Origin: Hyphochytrium catenoides
Taxonomy: Eukaryota > Protista > Hyphochytriomycota
Length of the DNA: 64,000 bases
Direction: 5' to 3'
NCBI GenBank assembly: GCA_900088475.1
Contig: FLMG01002747.1
Location: 1,313 to 65,312 of the forward strand
This document shows positions 25,339 to 37,577 of this stretch, piece after piece. The notes below the pieces were generated by a model. That model had not been told where the DNA came from and did not search any database. It saw nothing but the letters and a program-made list of their open reading frames with translations. The position numbers and the translations under genes are program-made. Numbering within the stretch: position 1 is the first letter of the stretch; every line of letters begins with the position of its first letter.

Positions 25339-26939
25339 GTCTCACAAGGCCGCTTATCTGACGTTGAGTAACTGAGGACTTTCGTCGCTGAGAAGGCTCA
25401 CAAACCGCGAGTAGTGCAGGATTGGCAGAGTAATGACTAATGGGACAAGCAAGTCAGCATGTAAGAGTCTCAACAGCCCTTGCGAGGTCGCTCAACATAT
25501 TCTGTGGAGAAAGTCATAGAAGATCTGTCGATCCTAGCAAGAAGCCCTGCTTTTGTCTCGCACTATTGCCTTGCGTAGGATTGCGGGACGCTGACAACCA
25601 AAGCTTGTAGGAAGACATCGTTGAGGGTAACATAAGAAAGAACTCGTCCCTTTGTCATTTGAACAATTTTCATAGCTCATCATTCTACATCTTCAACGAT
25701 ATGTTCGGTGACTGGGAGTGGTGGCTGACCGATGAGTGGTCACTGCCATTTGGTCCACGAAGAGAGCGAGCTGCGCTGTCCTTGAGAATTTGAGGCATGG
25801 ATGCAACCTCTAGACCATCAGTGAATAAGCATGACTGAAGGTGTCCTGCCTTCAGTCTCCGCTTCGTTTATTCTCTCTTATTACAGAGATCCCTGATGTT
25901 CATCACTGAGGTTTGCCTGTAGCTCTACTGTTTAACCGTGTATGGAAGGGTTGGCCTGATCAGAGGGAAGAGTAGAGCATACTCTCTCTCCGAGACAGAA
26001 GCACGGGCATTACCTTATTATTAGTTATTCATTAGAAGGATGGGGCGTAGGACGATGGGGACTGAAGAACATAAGGACAGGAGATCCGGAGCCCCTGCCA
26101 GGCAAGCAGTACCAGGCTTCGACATCCGTTAATCTTATCATCTGCTGCTGCCTACGATTTAGGGTTATGTTGTTCTTATTCTGTTATAAGAAGGTGCTCT
26201 TAGACCATCAGGGACATGGCTCCTCACGCTGCTACTCCCACCGCGATCTTGACTTTATGCCGTCCCTGGCAGAGTTACTTTAGCCCTGGAGACAGCACAG
26301 TCACCACGTTGTACGAGGAGGGCGCTGAGGTCTATATCTCAGGTTTTAGCTGTCACAACGAGAAAGATGATGACTAGAAGTAGCAGAACCTCTGAACGGT
26401 ATAAGATTAGAACTACTGTTTCCTTGTTCACCAACAAGGATGCCTGGAACTGAAGACATAGAACTACAGGGATACGTTCATCCAGCTATGGAGCTTCTGG
26501 AGCGGTGAGACAAGTGCCTCGTAGTCGTACTATTCATAGCTCTATTTTTAAGGCCCAAGGATTGGGGTGACTGTCATCATCGGTGATGGTCTTGATGAGA
26601 GAAGTAAGTGGGAAGGAGCCACAATCTCTTCCCAGCATTACCTGGACCTCCATAAATGCCCGTTCGTTTCATGCGCCAAGTTAGCTGTTGGCCAGTCTAT
26701 CACTTCTTGCCAAGCTAGTGAGTCGAAGTCGCGTTGAAAGCAGCCACCCGTACGGCTACTCAGCACGAGGAGCAGGAGGAAAAGAGAATTTTGCATCTTT
26801 CCTGCCATCGCCACAAGCTTTCCTCTCTATTAAGGCACCAGCAGACCTTGACAGACGTGAGATATCTTAAAGGTGCGAAGAGAGCAATATACCTAGCATG
26901 CCAAGGGCTGCTAGAGATCAGCGGTCTCCTCTTCCAGCG

Positions 26940-28127
26940 ATGAAGGCGACGATGGTGTGCCTTCTCGCTCTATTCTTGGGACTCCACACCTACGCCTATG
27001 ATGAGACGGCGGATCCGTCCGTGGTGAACGGACAAGAAGCGCCTCCTTTTAAATACACGGACTGGATGCTTGGCCTCATCAAGCTAAGAGCCAACAGCTC
27101 CAACTACAGGGCAAGCTGTGGAGCATCCTACATAGGAGACAACACGGTCCTCACAGCTGCACGTAAGACAAAGATGTCATTGCTAGTATCTGTCTTTCAG
27201 CGAAACGGAATGGTGGTCCGCATTGCATTCTATCGCGTTCCCTACTTCGCTTACAAGCCCTGCTCTACGACCTCTTTTCCTTAGAGTTTCAGCCTCAGTC
27301 TCTCTCTTCGCCTTCATCCATGTTGCTCATCCACCTTTTTCCTTTTAGACTGCGTGGAGACTGTACGGAACATCAGCAGGCTGAAGTTTGAAGCGAGGCG
27401 ACACAACTGGAACGATACAACGGAAAAAGGCGTTCTCTTACACGCCGAGCAGATTGTCATTCATCCCCAGTACAATAGCTCAACTCTGGAATATGACGCT
27501 GCTATTGTCAAGGTGAATGGAGAGCTACAGCTCACGTCTTATCTGGAGCTGGACAACGGCTCCTACTCTGATGAGAGCCAGCCAAGAGTCTTCACAGTCT
27601 TGGGGTGAGTTGTTCCCCTTCATAATGGATTGCATGCATTTGAGCTCTTGCTCTCTGTTCGTTGCTTCCTAGCTTTTATGGCCTATGCAGTCCTCACTGT
27701 CTTTTTCAATGTCTGCCCGCCTTGGACCGCCTTTTGACCTGCACTTTGGAAACCTAGATGGGGATCCACGCTGAAAGTAGTCCAAGGCCAAAACGAAGTG
27801 CTGCTCAGCCCAACTTTGCAGCAAGCAGATGTAGAGCTTGTGTCACAGACCAGTTGCCAGGAAAGTTATGCCACAACTGCATGGGATATCCTTCCTTCCA
27901 TGCTATGCGCTAAGAGGCCAGAGATCGACTCTTGTGACGGGGACTCAGGAGGTCCTCTCTTCCTGAATGGCAATCCACGTGTTCTGGTCGGGCTTGTTTC
28001 TTTTGGCAAGGGCTGTGCTCAGCCAGAGCCTGGGGTGTACACTCGGGTCTCCGCCATCAGGTCTTTCATTGATGGGACGATGGGCTGTCCATCGGGAACG
28101 TCCTTCACTCAAGGGAGATGCCAGTGA
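26940..28127 (+). CDS. Secreted trypsin-like serine protease, paralogue T4; exons 26940-27162, 27349-27604, 27758-28127
   Basis: [14 protein letters not shown] signal, VVNG, CGAS, TAA|HC, YDAAIV, G|WG, uninterrupted [20 protein letters not shown]. Confidence 0.95.
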
Positions 28128-28595
28128 CTTGATAACAAAGGGCCTCTGAGACTTCTCTCCTTGAGTGCCAAGTTTGGGTTGGGTCTCTAGGACTAATATA
28201 CAGAAGCCACGCTCGTGCTCTGCACTCTTCGGAGCGAGACAACCTAACCCAGTCCTGTCTACTTTGGCTGGCAGGCATATAGTAGGCGAGGTTAAGGATT
28301 GAGAGAAGCAGCGCGAGAAAGGAGAGCGCTTATGGGGCTTGGATGTATTATAGCTGCTCTCTTCTGACTTAGTTTCCAATCGTCCTCATATGGCAGTCGT
28401 GATAGCCAAGTAGGGTTTTTGCAGTTTCGCAGTAGTAGGGTTCGCGGATCAGTAATGGACAGGAACCTAGCGCAAACAAGACGTCAGCTGTCTTGCCTGC
28501 TGGGGTGGTGTCATTCCTGTCATTGCAGTCCCATCAAGTCATGACTCTGGCAGGTTCAGGTTAATCTATCTCTTAATGCATTAGTCACGCCCAAT

Positions 28596-29500
28596 TGTTG
28601 AACGTTGACCCGATGAGGTGGGCTGGAGGCCTACCGTAGACTAGCTACTACTGCCTGTCTGGTCTCACTGTGCAACATAGAACAGTTTCCAACCAACTCT
28701 GCCATCTCATCAGGTTATCAGAGGCCCACTCTTCTTATACCAGACATCTGCCATCATGGACTCCTCCACGTCTTCCCTCTCCACTTCCATTGAGAAGCTG
28801 ACAGGAGCCCTGCAAACGGGACTTTGGTTTCGGCGCTTCATTAGCTTGAAGTGATGTGATATCCGTCTTGAGGTTACCGCATCCAAGATCAGTATCTCCT
28901 TAATGACCAGGGAATCATGCGTGGTCTCTGATGATACCGTGATCAATCCTCCTTCAAGTTTGTCCACCACCAGTCGGGCTTTGGTTCACTCTCCTCCTGC
29001 TGTCTGTCTGGTCTCACAGCCATCACGCCGGCTGCAGGACAGATTCTGATTGTCTTTAGCTCCATCATTGCTCCCATGACCTTGTGGCCTTCTTTTCTGA
29101 AGCTTAGACTGATCAAAGGAAAGGTATCTACGTAGGGAGTGGAGAACTCTTTTCGCTAGTACGAGGTGCTCCAGTTCGTCCTGTCCCTACCTGCACAGCT
29201 AAAGAAAGATAGAAGTAAGATCAGCCCAGGTGAGACCATAGCGAGGACTGCGCTAGTCGAGGACTTTATTCTTGACTTTGCTGCCTCAACATGTAGGCTA
29301 CGGAGGCACACCGACGGTGCATGTAGACGTGGAAGGACCATGAAGTGAGGTGAAAAAAAGAAGACAACAAGGCACCATCCGGGCACAGTCGATAGACAGT
29401 AGAGGACGAAGCGACTGTGAAGAGTGAAGAGTCACAATCGTGCGGCCGGGCTGAGTTAAGCAGTGCGGTGGTCAAGCAGACCGCCTTATACTACGCAGCC
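28596..29500 (+). mobile_element. Degenerate, 3'-truncated Ty1/Copia LTR retrotransposon (5' LTR, PBS, gag start, protease relic)
   Basis: TGTTGA(28596)...TCATCA(28712) termini, then PBS-like GGTTATCAGAGGCCC. ATG 28756 reads MDSSTSSLSTSIEKLTG...W (Copia gag-like). Downstream DFILDFAAS (cf. WILDSGAS) and GTIRAQSIDSRG. Confidence 0.6.
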
Positions 29501-30089
29501 TGAGCAGCACAGACCAAGAAGTTTAAACATCGTGACTTCGGCGAGACTTCCTCTCCATCTTATTTCCACCTCTCCACCTTTCTATCCCATAGATCCATAG
29601 ATCCTCCCGCCTCCATCGCATGCTGCAAGCACTCCCATCTCAACAATTGTCCGACCCAGGTCCGCTTGGCCCTCAATTCCTTGACATCGAACACGCCGTT
29701 ACCTCTCCAGTCTTCAGTCTGCTAACGCGCGGGATGCCGCCCAAAATTGACGAGGAATGGTTGACAGCTGAAGCCTGACTACTGGGCGCCCGCCCATACA
29801 GCCGATGACCAGCGCTGCTATGGCTGATGATGTGGTTGAAGGGAAGGATAACGAGAGAGTGAAGAGGCGGACAAATTTCCTTGTTTTCTCTCTCGTCATT
29901 TTTGCTGGGAAAACGTAGCCGTTAGCGGCATTCAAAAGTTGCCAGGCAGTAGTAATGCCAAAAGACATGGTCTGACTCATAGAGATGCGGATTATTATTG
30001 GTCTTCTGGTGATTCTGATGGGGGAGGAAGAGATCTTTCTTCTGATTGAAGCTTCAGTCTGTCTTGGCTCTTCTTCCCTGTATCGATCT

Positions 30090-30157
<68 letters not shown>

Positions 30158-30401
30158 GCTCTCGCTCTCTTCTTCCCTCTCATGTTTTCTGTCCTCTTTT
30201 CTTCCGCATCCTCTCGCTGCTATGGCTGGCTCTTGCCAACTCGCAACCTTCCCTATCAGAGCCTGCAGTTCTTTGTTTACCCACTAAATAGCCGCAGCGC
30301 ACCGCGCATTTCAAGGAGGACAGCCAACAGCCTAAGAGCTCGAAGTCTGAGAGACAGTTCGGAAAAGGTAGAGGAAGAGAGGTCAGAAGACACCGAGATC
30401 A

Positions 30402-33400
30402 ATGGCAGCCTCTCCCTCGCTCTTCAGCTTCGCTGAGCAATGGACCTGCTGGGATCCCAATCCCACGACGCGGCGCGTAGTTGAGCAGGCCCTCCAGACC
30501 AAGGACGAGAAGACGTTGAACAACCTCCTCTCCTCGCGTCTAGAGTTCGGCACAGCAGGACTGAGAGGCCCCATGGGCGCCGGGTCTAACAGAATGAACG
30601 ACCTTGTAGTCATTCAGACCACTCAGGTGAGGAGAGGCGGACAGTAGTTAGGCCGTCCTTGCGCATGAGATAGTGAACGAACGCCTGAAGGCAGGTGTAG
30701 AGTCAGGTAACCTTGGTGAGAGAGAGGAATATTTTGGAAGGAAGGTGTCAGTCGTCATTGTCCGTCTTGGGCTCTTTCTTGACCCCACTCTTACCTCCGA
30801 ACTTGATCATTTATCCATCGCTCTTGCCAGGGCATCATCAAATATCTGGATGCTACCTTTGGGCCTGAACGAGCAAGATCAATGGGCTTTGCTGTGGGAT
30901 ACGATCATCGAGCTCAGGTTGGGCTAACGCTCTGGTGTCTCTCTCGCCGTCTTCTCCCACTCTCAACTGTGTGCGACGCTTCTTCCCAACCTCCTCGCTC
31001 TTCGCTCGCGTCTAGTCACTTCAAAGGAGTTTCCTCGAGATGGCCTAAGAACTGCTGCGAAATGCTTGTGTCTCTTGACCGCTATGGCCCGCGACCTTGG
31101 AATAGAGTGTCTCTGATGACCACAATTCTCTCTCTCTCTCTCTCTGTTTAGTCTGGCTGCAGCTCCAAGCAGTTTGGTCAGTATATCGCAGCTGTACTGC
31201 TTTCTCAGGGTTTCAAGGTTTATCTCTATGAAGGATATGTGGCAACACCGTTGGTGGTAAGGCTGACTGACTACCCCATCGCTCTCTCTGCACTGTCTCT
31301 TCCTCTTTCCGCGCCTTGCGTTCATCATTGCCAGACTTCTCCCTAGGTCCCCCAGTCGTCGTTGCACTCTTCACGCTCTGGCCACCTCATATACTAAGAT
31401 ATTCCCTCCTTATATCGCCTTGCACCACCTATTCATTATAGCCATGGTGCATTGAACAGAAAGGTTGCTGTGCAGGGGTGATGGTGACAGCCTCCCATAA
31501 TCCTAAGCAAGATAACGGATACAAGCTCTATTGGAACAACGGGGCACAGATTATCCCGCCACACGATGAAAAGATTGCCAAGCTAATCCTAGAGAACCTT
31601 GAGCCTTGGCAAACCTATGACATCTCCTCCCTCAAGAAGGGACAGACCAGTGGCAAAGGAGAACTCCATATGAAAGAGATGAGTGCTTTGATCGAGAGCT
31701 ACTTTGACGCGCTAAGAAGTCGACTATGCAGATACTATGAGGATAACAAGGTGGGCGTCTTTTTGTGTGGAAGAAAACCTACTTATCGAGCGAGCTGACG
31801 CTTGGAGGTCAGAAGCACCCCGTCCCTCGGACTCCATTATCTCTTCTCTCCCTTCCTCTTGCAAACTATAATGCGTCGAGTCCGTCGGGTGACGAAACCT
31901 TCTTTTGCTGTTCCCCCTTCTCGCCTCGTAGAAGAGCGCCTTGAAGATCACGTACACTGCCATGCATGGAGTCGGGCACGCCTTTAGCTCACGCTCCTTT
32001 GAGAGCTTTGGCCTGCGTCCGTACATAAATACAGAGGAGCAAATCAAGCCCGACCCTGAGTTCCCAACTGTTAGCTTTCCGAACCCGGAAGAGGTTTGTG
32101 CTGCGCTGCTTCCCTCTGTTTTCGTCTACCTTTATTGCCATTAGTGCAGATGTCAACGCCTCTGCTTGATTCCTGCTCTCTCGTCTCCAACTTTCTTATC
32201 TCCCTCCTCTCCTATGGCAGGGTAAAGGCGCACTTGCATTAGCCATAAAGACGGCAGAAAGAGAAGGAAGTCCATTTATACTCGCAAACGATCCAGATGC
32301 CGATCGCTTGGCTGCAGCGGAGAAGCTGGATGACGGGACGTGGAAGATTTTCTCTGGAAATGAGTTAGGAGCTATATTGGGGCACTGGCAGTGGAAGGAA
32401 TGGCAGAAGGTTGTTGACAAACTCCTGTTCTCTCTGCATCCGAGATCCCCTTGGCACCCTGTTTTTGTTGTCCTTGGTTTGCTCTAGTCCTATAACTCTC
32501 GGTACCGCGTTCTGCTATCCTCCATTCTCAGTTAACCATTGGTACCAATATCCTGGCACCATCTTGCATCGCATCTCACTTGGTCGTCGCCCCTGCTGTG
32601 TGCTCGCCCGGAGATAGGCGCACCCTGGCCTGTCGGGGAAGGATGTGTACGTTATCTGCAGCACCGTCTCTTCCAAGATGCTGCAGGCCATCGCCAAGAA
32701 AGAAGGATTCAACTTCGTTGAGACGCTTACTGGGTATGAAGCATGCTCCATGTCGACATCAGTCCATGGCCCTCTGAAGCTATCTCTTTGGTCTCCATTC
32801 TTGCGTATCTGGCATATACTTCTCGCCTGATGTTCTCCCAGGATTAACTTGATGGTGGCTTCTTAACTTTCTGCAGATTCAAATGGATGGGAAATGAGAC
32901 AGACGGGTTGCGGAAGGCAGGGAAAACAGTGATCTTCTCGTTTGAAGAAGCAATAGGCTTCTGCATTGGCGATATCGTCAAGGATAAGGTTCGAAGGCTG
33001 GTCCTACTCCAGTTGCCCCAATCTCTTCCTTATTCTGTCTTTGTAGTGCTAAGTCGTACTGCAGATTTTCTTCGTCTTTTCTCAGAGTCATCAAGTCTGA
33101 GTGCACCTAATGGCTGTTCTCTTTCCATTTACTCTCACGCAGGACGGAGTATGCGCCGCTGCGGTTCTGGCGGAAATGGCCAATCAGGTGAGTAGGGCAC
33201 GCTCAGTGCTAGAACAGAAAGCTCATCAAGGTCACTTGTGCCTTGATGGAGAGACCTAGCATCCTCCCCTGAGCTTGAGTGTCTCTAACACGTGATGCCT
33301 CTATCATGTCACTGGCATTCGTATCAGGTAAACTCACTCATGCCTTTCACTGATGTCTGTTTATGCATTTTTCTGCAGATCTACAAGGCAGGGTCAACGC

Positions 33401-34425
33401 TGAATGCGTATCTTCAAAATCTTTACAAAGACTATGGATACTTCGTGACGTTGAATAGCTACGTCAAGTGCTACCAGCCTCCAGTGGTGGACGCAATATT
33501 CAAGAGGCTTAGAAATGACGGTAAGCCCCAGCACTAGCACTGCTCTTTTCTCTCTTCTCTCGCAGGAGCGCAGCCTTTGATATCGATTGAGTAGGGAGAT
33601 GGACGTGTCTCGCTCCCTTTCTAAAAGCTCTATACCCAGAACCTCCGTGTTACTGTCTAAGAGCGCCTCTTTTTGGCTGATAGGGCACTACTGGCACGTC
33701 TGTGGCAGTCATAGCATCCGTTCGATAAGGGATCTTACTGTGGGATTCGATAGCTCGAAGAAAGATCTAAAGCCAGGTAAGGGGGAGAAGGAGGTGATAG
33801 ACTGTTAGACGGCCCCTCAGCAGCAGGCGATAAGGTGCAGATGAGCAGCGATTGCGAAGAGCGCGAGAAGTGTTTAGATAATAGGGGACATGACAGTTGA
33901 CGGGGAAGAGAAGAGAACGATGCGGTGGTGGTGGATGATGTCTTTCTTACGCCATGGTCCTTATGTTCCCTACATCTGTGTCGTCTCTCTCTATCCAGTC
34001 CTCCCAGTATCCTCCTCTTCTCACATGATCACCTACGAGTTTGCAAATGGCGCTATGATAACCCTAAGGACCAGCGGCACAGAGCCCAAGCTCAAGTACT
34101 ATTGCGAACTGGCAGGGAAGGTGAGTGCTGCCACTTAACGAGAGACCCTACGTGCATGAAAGCAGGAACGTAGCCCCCGGGTTTGAAGGATAGAGGAAAA
34201 GAGTGGACGAGGGCGAACGTGCTTAGTGCGAGATCGACCGCAGTGGACCAGGGATGCACGGAGGAGGATGCAAGACAGAGCGGGATTCTAGATAAGGCAG
34301 CTCATGAACTTTGTATGCAGGAACTGGAGGAGACGACGAGGGAGCTCGCGACGCTGGTCCATTCGGTAGTTGAAGAGATGCTCCAGCCTGACATTAACGG
34401 CTTGGAGAGAAGAAAGGATGAGTAG
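30402..34425 (+). CDS. PGM2: Phosphoglucomutase-2 / phosphopentomutase family, about 13 exons
   Basis: [20 protein letters not shown] (phosphoserine loop), [20 protein letters not shown] (metal site), [29 protein letters not shown]. Confidence 0.95.
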
Positions 34426-35032
34426 GAAGGCTAGCTTATATGGCACAAGAAGCCCTGCTAAGTAATGGAAATAGTCGGAATCGTCCGTCTCCTCTTTGTT
34501 CCTCTTCCCTGCGCTCAACAAGCCAACCAAAAAAGGCAGCGACTGGCAGAGACTCGGCGTGGACCCTTTGCCTCTTCCTGAACGATGTCCGCATGCTAGC
34601 TGCTCCTTGCCTTGCACGAGGAGGCCAAAGAAGACAGCAGGGGCGAGCGAGGACATTAGGAAGCTTCTTGGCAGCAGGCACACAGAGCAGTTATAGGCAG
34701 TGTTCGTCGGCTGGCAGCGGTTAGCGGCTAGTGGGCGAAGGATCTGCCCTTTCAGGAGCAGAACTTTCTGATTGTTGCTGCTGCTTGTGACACGGTGGAA
34801 CGAGAAGGAAGGCTTTCGGAAGAGAGAGAGAGGGAAAGAACCTCTGCACATTGACAGAGAGCAGAAGGAGAAGAGATTTGACGCAGGGGACGGAGGCGGA
34901 GAGAGAGAGAGAAGGGAGCTAAACGAACGTAAGAGGACTGTGCCGAGGCTGTGCAAGGCTGCAGCGCAGAGCTTGGTCCCTTACCATAAAAGGAGAGAAG
35001 AGGGTCACACGCTCCAGTTAGAAGACGGCACC

Positions 35033-37371
35033 ATGGCGTTCTCTCTCCTCCGGCGGATGATTGTCTACCCTTCCCATGCCACATTCAGCTTGCTGCTGAG
35101 AGGCAGAAGAGGTCTTGCTTCTGCTGCTGGAGTCTCAGAGACGAAGAATAAGAAGAAGCGGTCGACACCTGCCACCCGATACTTGATTGTGGATGGCTAT
35201 GCTGCAGAGGGGAGATTAGAGCTAAAGGCTGGAGGTCGTCGCCCTTCCCATCTCTGTTTAGCTCTCTCGACTGGCTATCTGTCCCACTGCATCATTTCCT
35301 CATTCTCTCTCTCTGGATATATACGTATGTGCCCTTCTGTCTCTTCCGGGTTCTTCTCTCGTCCTTGTCTCTCCGCGACAGGCACTCTCTCCAGCGTAAC
35401 GCTTTCAAGTCTCTTCTTTTTCTGTTGGTCAAACGCTCTCTACCGGACCGTCAGATTGAGGCCCATCCATTTCTTTGACAGTGTCCCTGATCGTCCACTG
35501 GCTCTTTCCCACCGTTGAATCCACTGTCCGCTGGGCTATGGTTGTCTCCTGTCTCTCTGGCTTCCAGATCTCACATGCACTATTCCAATGACTGCGTAGG
35601 AGCTTCGCCAGCACACATTCTTTTCGACCAGATGCTGCAGCGCTACACTCCTGGTCCTACAGAGTGTGACGTGCTCTTTCCGTCTGACCCTGGGTACAGA
35701 GAGCCAGACCTTCATAAAGTAAGGGAACTTCTCTCTTTTCTCATTATTCTCTTTTTCCTCCTCTCCTCTCTTAATCTCTCACACTTCACGTCTTATATCT
35801 TTGGCTTCTCTGTCTCTCATCTTGTCTCTCCGTAAGCCACCCATCTTGTGCTTTGACGCTCGATGTCCTCGTCTTTCAAAACTCTGTCCCGATCTTATCT
35901 CTAACAATGCCAACGTCTGCAGTATCACGGCGTAGCTTGGACGGGATGCTCTTTGTGCATCTATTCAGAGGAAGAACGGGTCACTCGGCAGATCGAGCTC
36001 GCAAGGAAGATCTTCGGACTCGGTAAGGGAGACGACAGACACTTCAAAGTCTAACACTAACGTGCTCTCTGTTCTCGTTGTCTTGCTTCGACGACAAGAT
36101 CATGTGCCCACCTGACTGCTTAGCTTTCTCTCCCTCTCAAGTTGCTGCCACGGTCTGACTCTGGCCTGGCGTTCGCAACCATTCTTTTTGTTCCCTCGCC
36201 CTAGCAGGCTTTGGGTCATATTATATGTGACGACGAAGCTATTTTATCGCATTCGCAGAGCCTCCTGTCAGATCACAGAGCTCGTTCTCCTTCTTTCCCT
36301 CAAATGTTCCTGTCAAGTTGATAAGACATCCCTTGATAGATTCTCATCGGTGTCATCTTCATCTTCTTTCATGGCCGATAGCTCTGCCCCCTGCCAATGA
36401 CAGACATGAACTTTCGTCTTCTTTTGTGCTCAGGCATCCCTCAATTTGGTAGCTGTTGGGCTGTGCAGATAGCAGTTGCAGCTTCCGGTGGCCGCTGCGC
36501 CAAAAATCCTGCTGGTATATATTCCTAGGCATTTTCTGCTTCTGGACTCTCTCCCATCTTCCACAAGGTGTCTCTCAATCTCCATTGCCCCACTGCTCTA
36601 AAGAGGTTAGCCCTGTTGCACTCCTTCGGCATTCTCTCCTTTAGTCAGAATCAACTCTCTCACGTTGTAACAATATCTAATGTGTCCTGTCCTGTCGGTA
36701 CCGCCCGGCCGTCCCCCTGCGCACATATGGGATAATCTCCGTTACGTAGGTAGAGAAATGGGTTTCGCTCGAAAAATCGCTCTCACTCCTGAGGGCCGAG
36801 GCCATCCTCTTTTTCACAACCGCTCTTCTGTCTTTGACGCCTTCACATCGCATGAGGACGAAGTCACACATACAGCTCCAGGAACTATTGTCTTGGCGGG
36901 GAACCCGTGGACCAGAGTTCAGGCCGCAGTAGTCAAGTACCTCAAGGCAAGACCGCAAGAACAAAGAGAGAACAGACCAGCAGTGGCTTTCCGTTTCTCT
37001 ATGCCCCGCTCCCTACTTGCTAATTGTCTTTGTTGCCCCTCTTACTTCCCCAGCCTATTGCTGAACTATGTTTCTCCTGCTAGGGCGAGTTCTGGGGTCT
37101 CCAATATCATCCAGAATATAACCTCAAGGAGTTGGCGCGGCTTACCTATTGCAGAAGAGAGAAGCTGACACGAATGGGATTCTTTCGCAGTGTGGAAGAT
37201 GCCGAGGAGTACGTCAGAGAGCTTGAGGAGCTGTATGAGAATCCGAAGAGGAAAGACCTGCGATGGAAGTATAACATTGATGATGATGTCCTAGAGGATG
37301 TGGTGAGGTGCAATGAGGTTATCAACTGGATTAACTTTCAGGTATCCCCTTATAGACAGCAGAAGCTTTAG
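35033..37371 (+). CDS. Class I glutamine amidotransferase-like protein with probable mitochondrial presequence, 6 exons
   Basis: LIVDGY, GVAWTGCSL, nucleophile elbow FGSCWAVQ, REMGFARKI, SHEDEV, FWGLQYHPEY (Cys-His-Glu triad). N-terminus is Arg-rich and acid-free (...RGRRGLAS). Confidence 0.9.
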
Positions 37372-37577
37372 AATAGGGAGAAAAGAAGCTTTAGGGTAGG
37401 GAGAAAAGACGGCCAAGAACAGCGACAGAAAGAGTCATAAGGAATGCAAATAAAGACAGTGGAGCCTTTTTAACGACCGATCGGGAGAACTGTTAGGTGT
37501 AAACACTATGGGCAGCAAATAATGGAGGAGAAAAGGTAAAGAGATGAAGTGCCCTCTGTCCTAGCGTCTGCTGTTTG

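Noticed and set aside
25450-26700. Possible Copia-like fragment (VTLNDVFLQALVVSVPQ, minus strand)
   Set aside because: Similarity is too weak to call without an HMM search.
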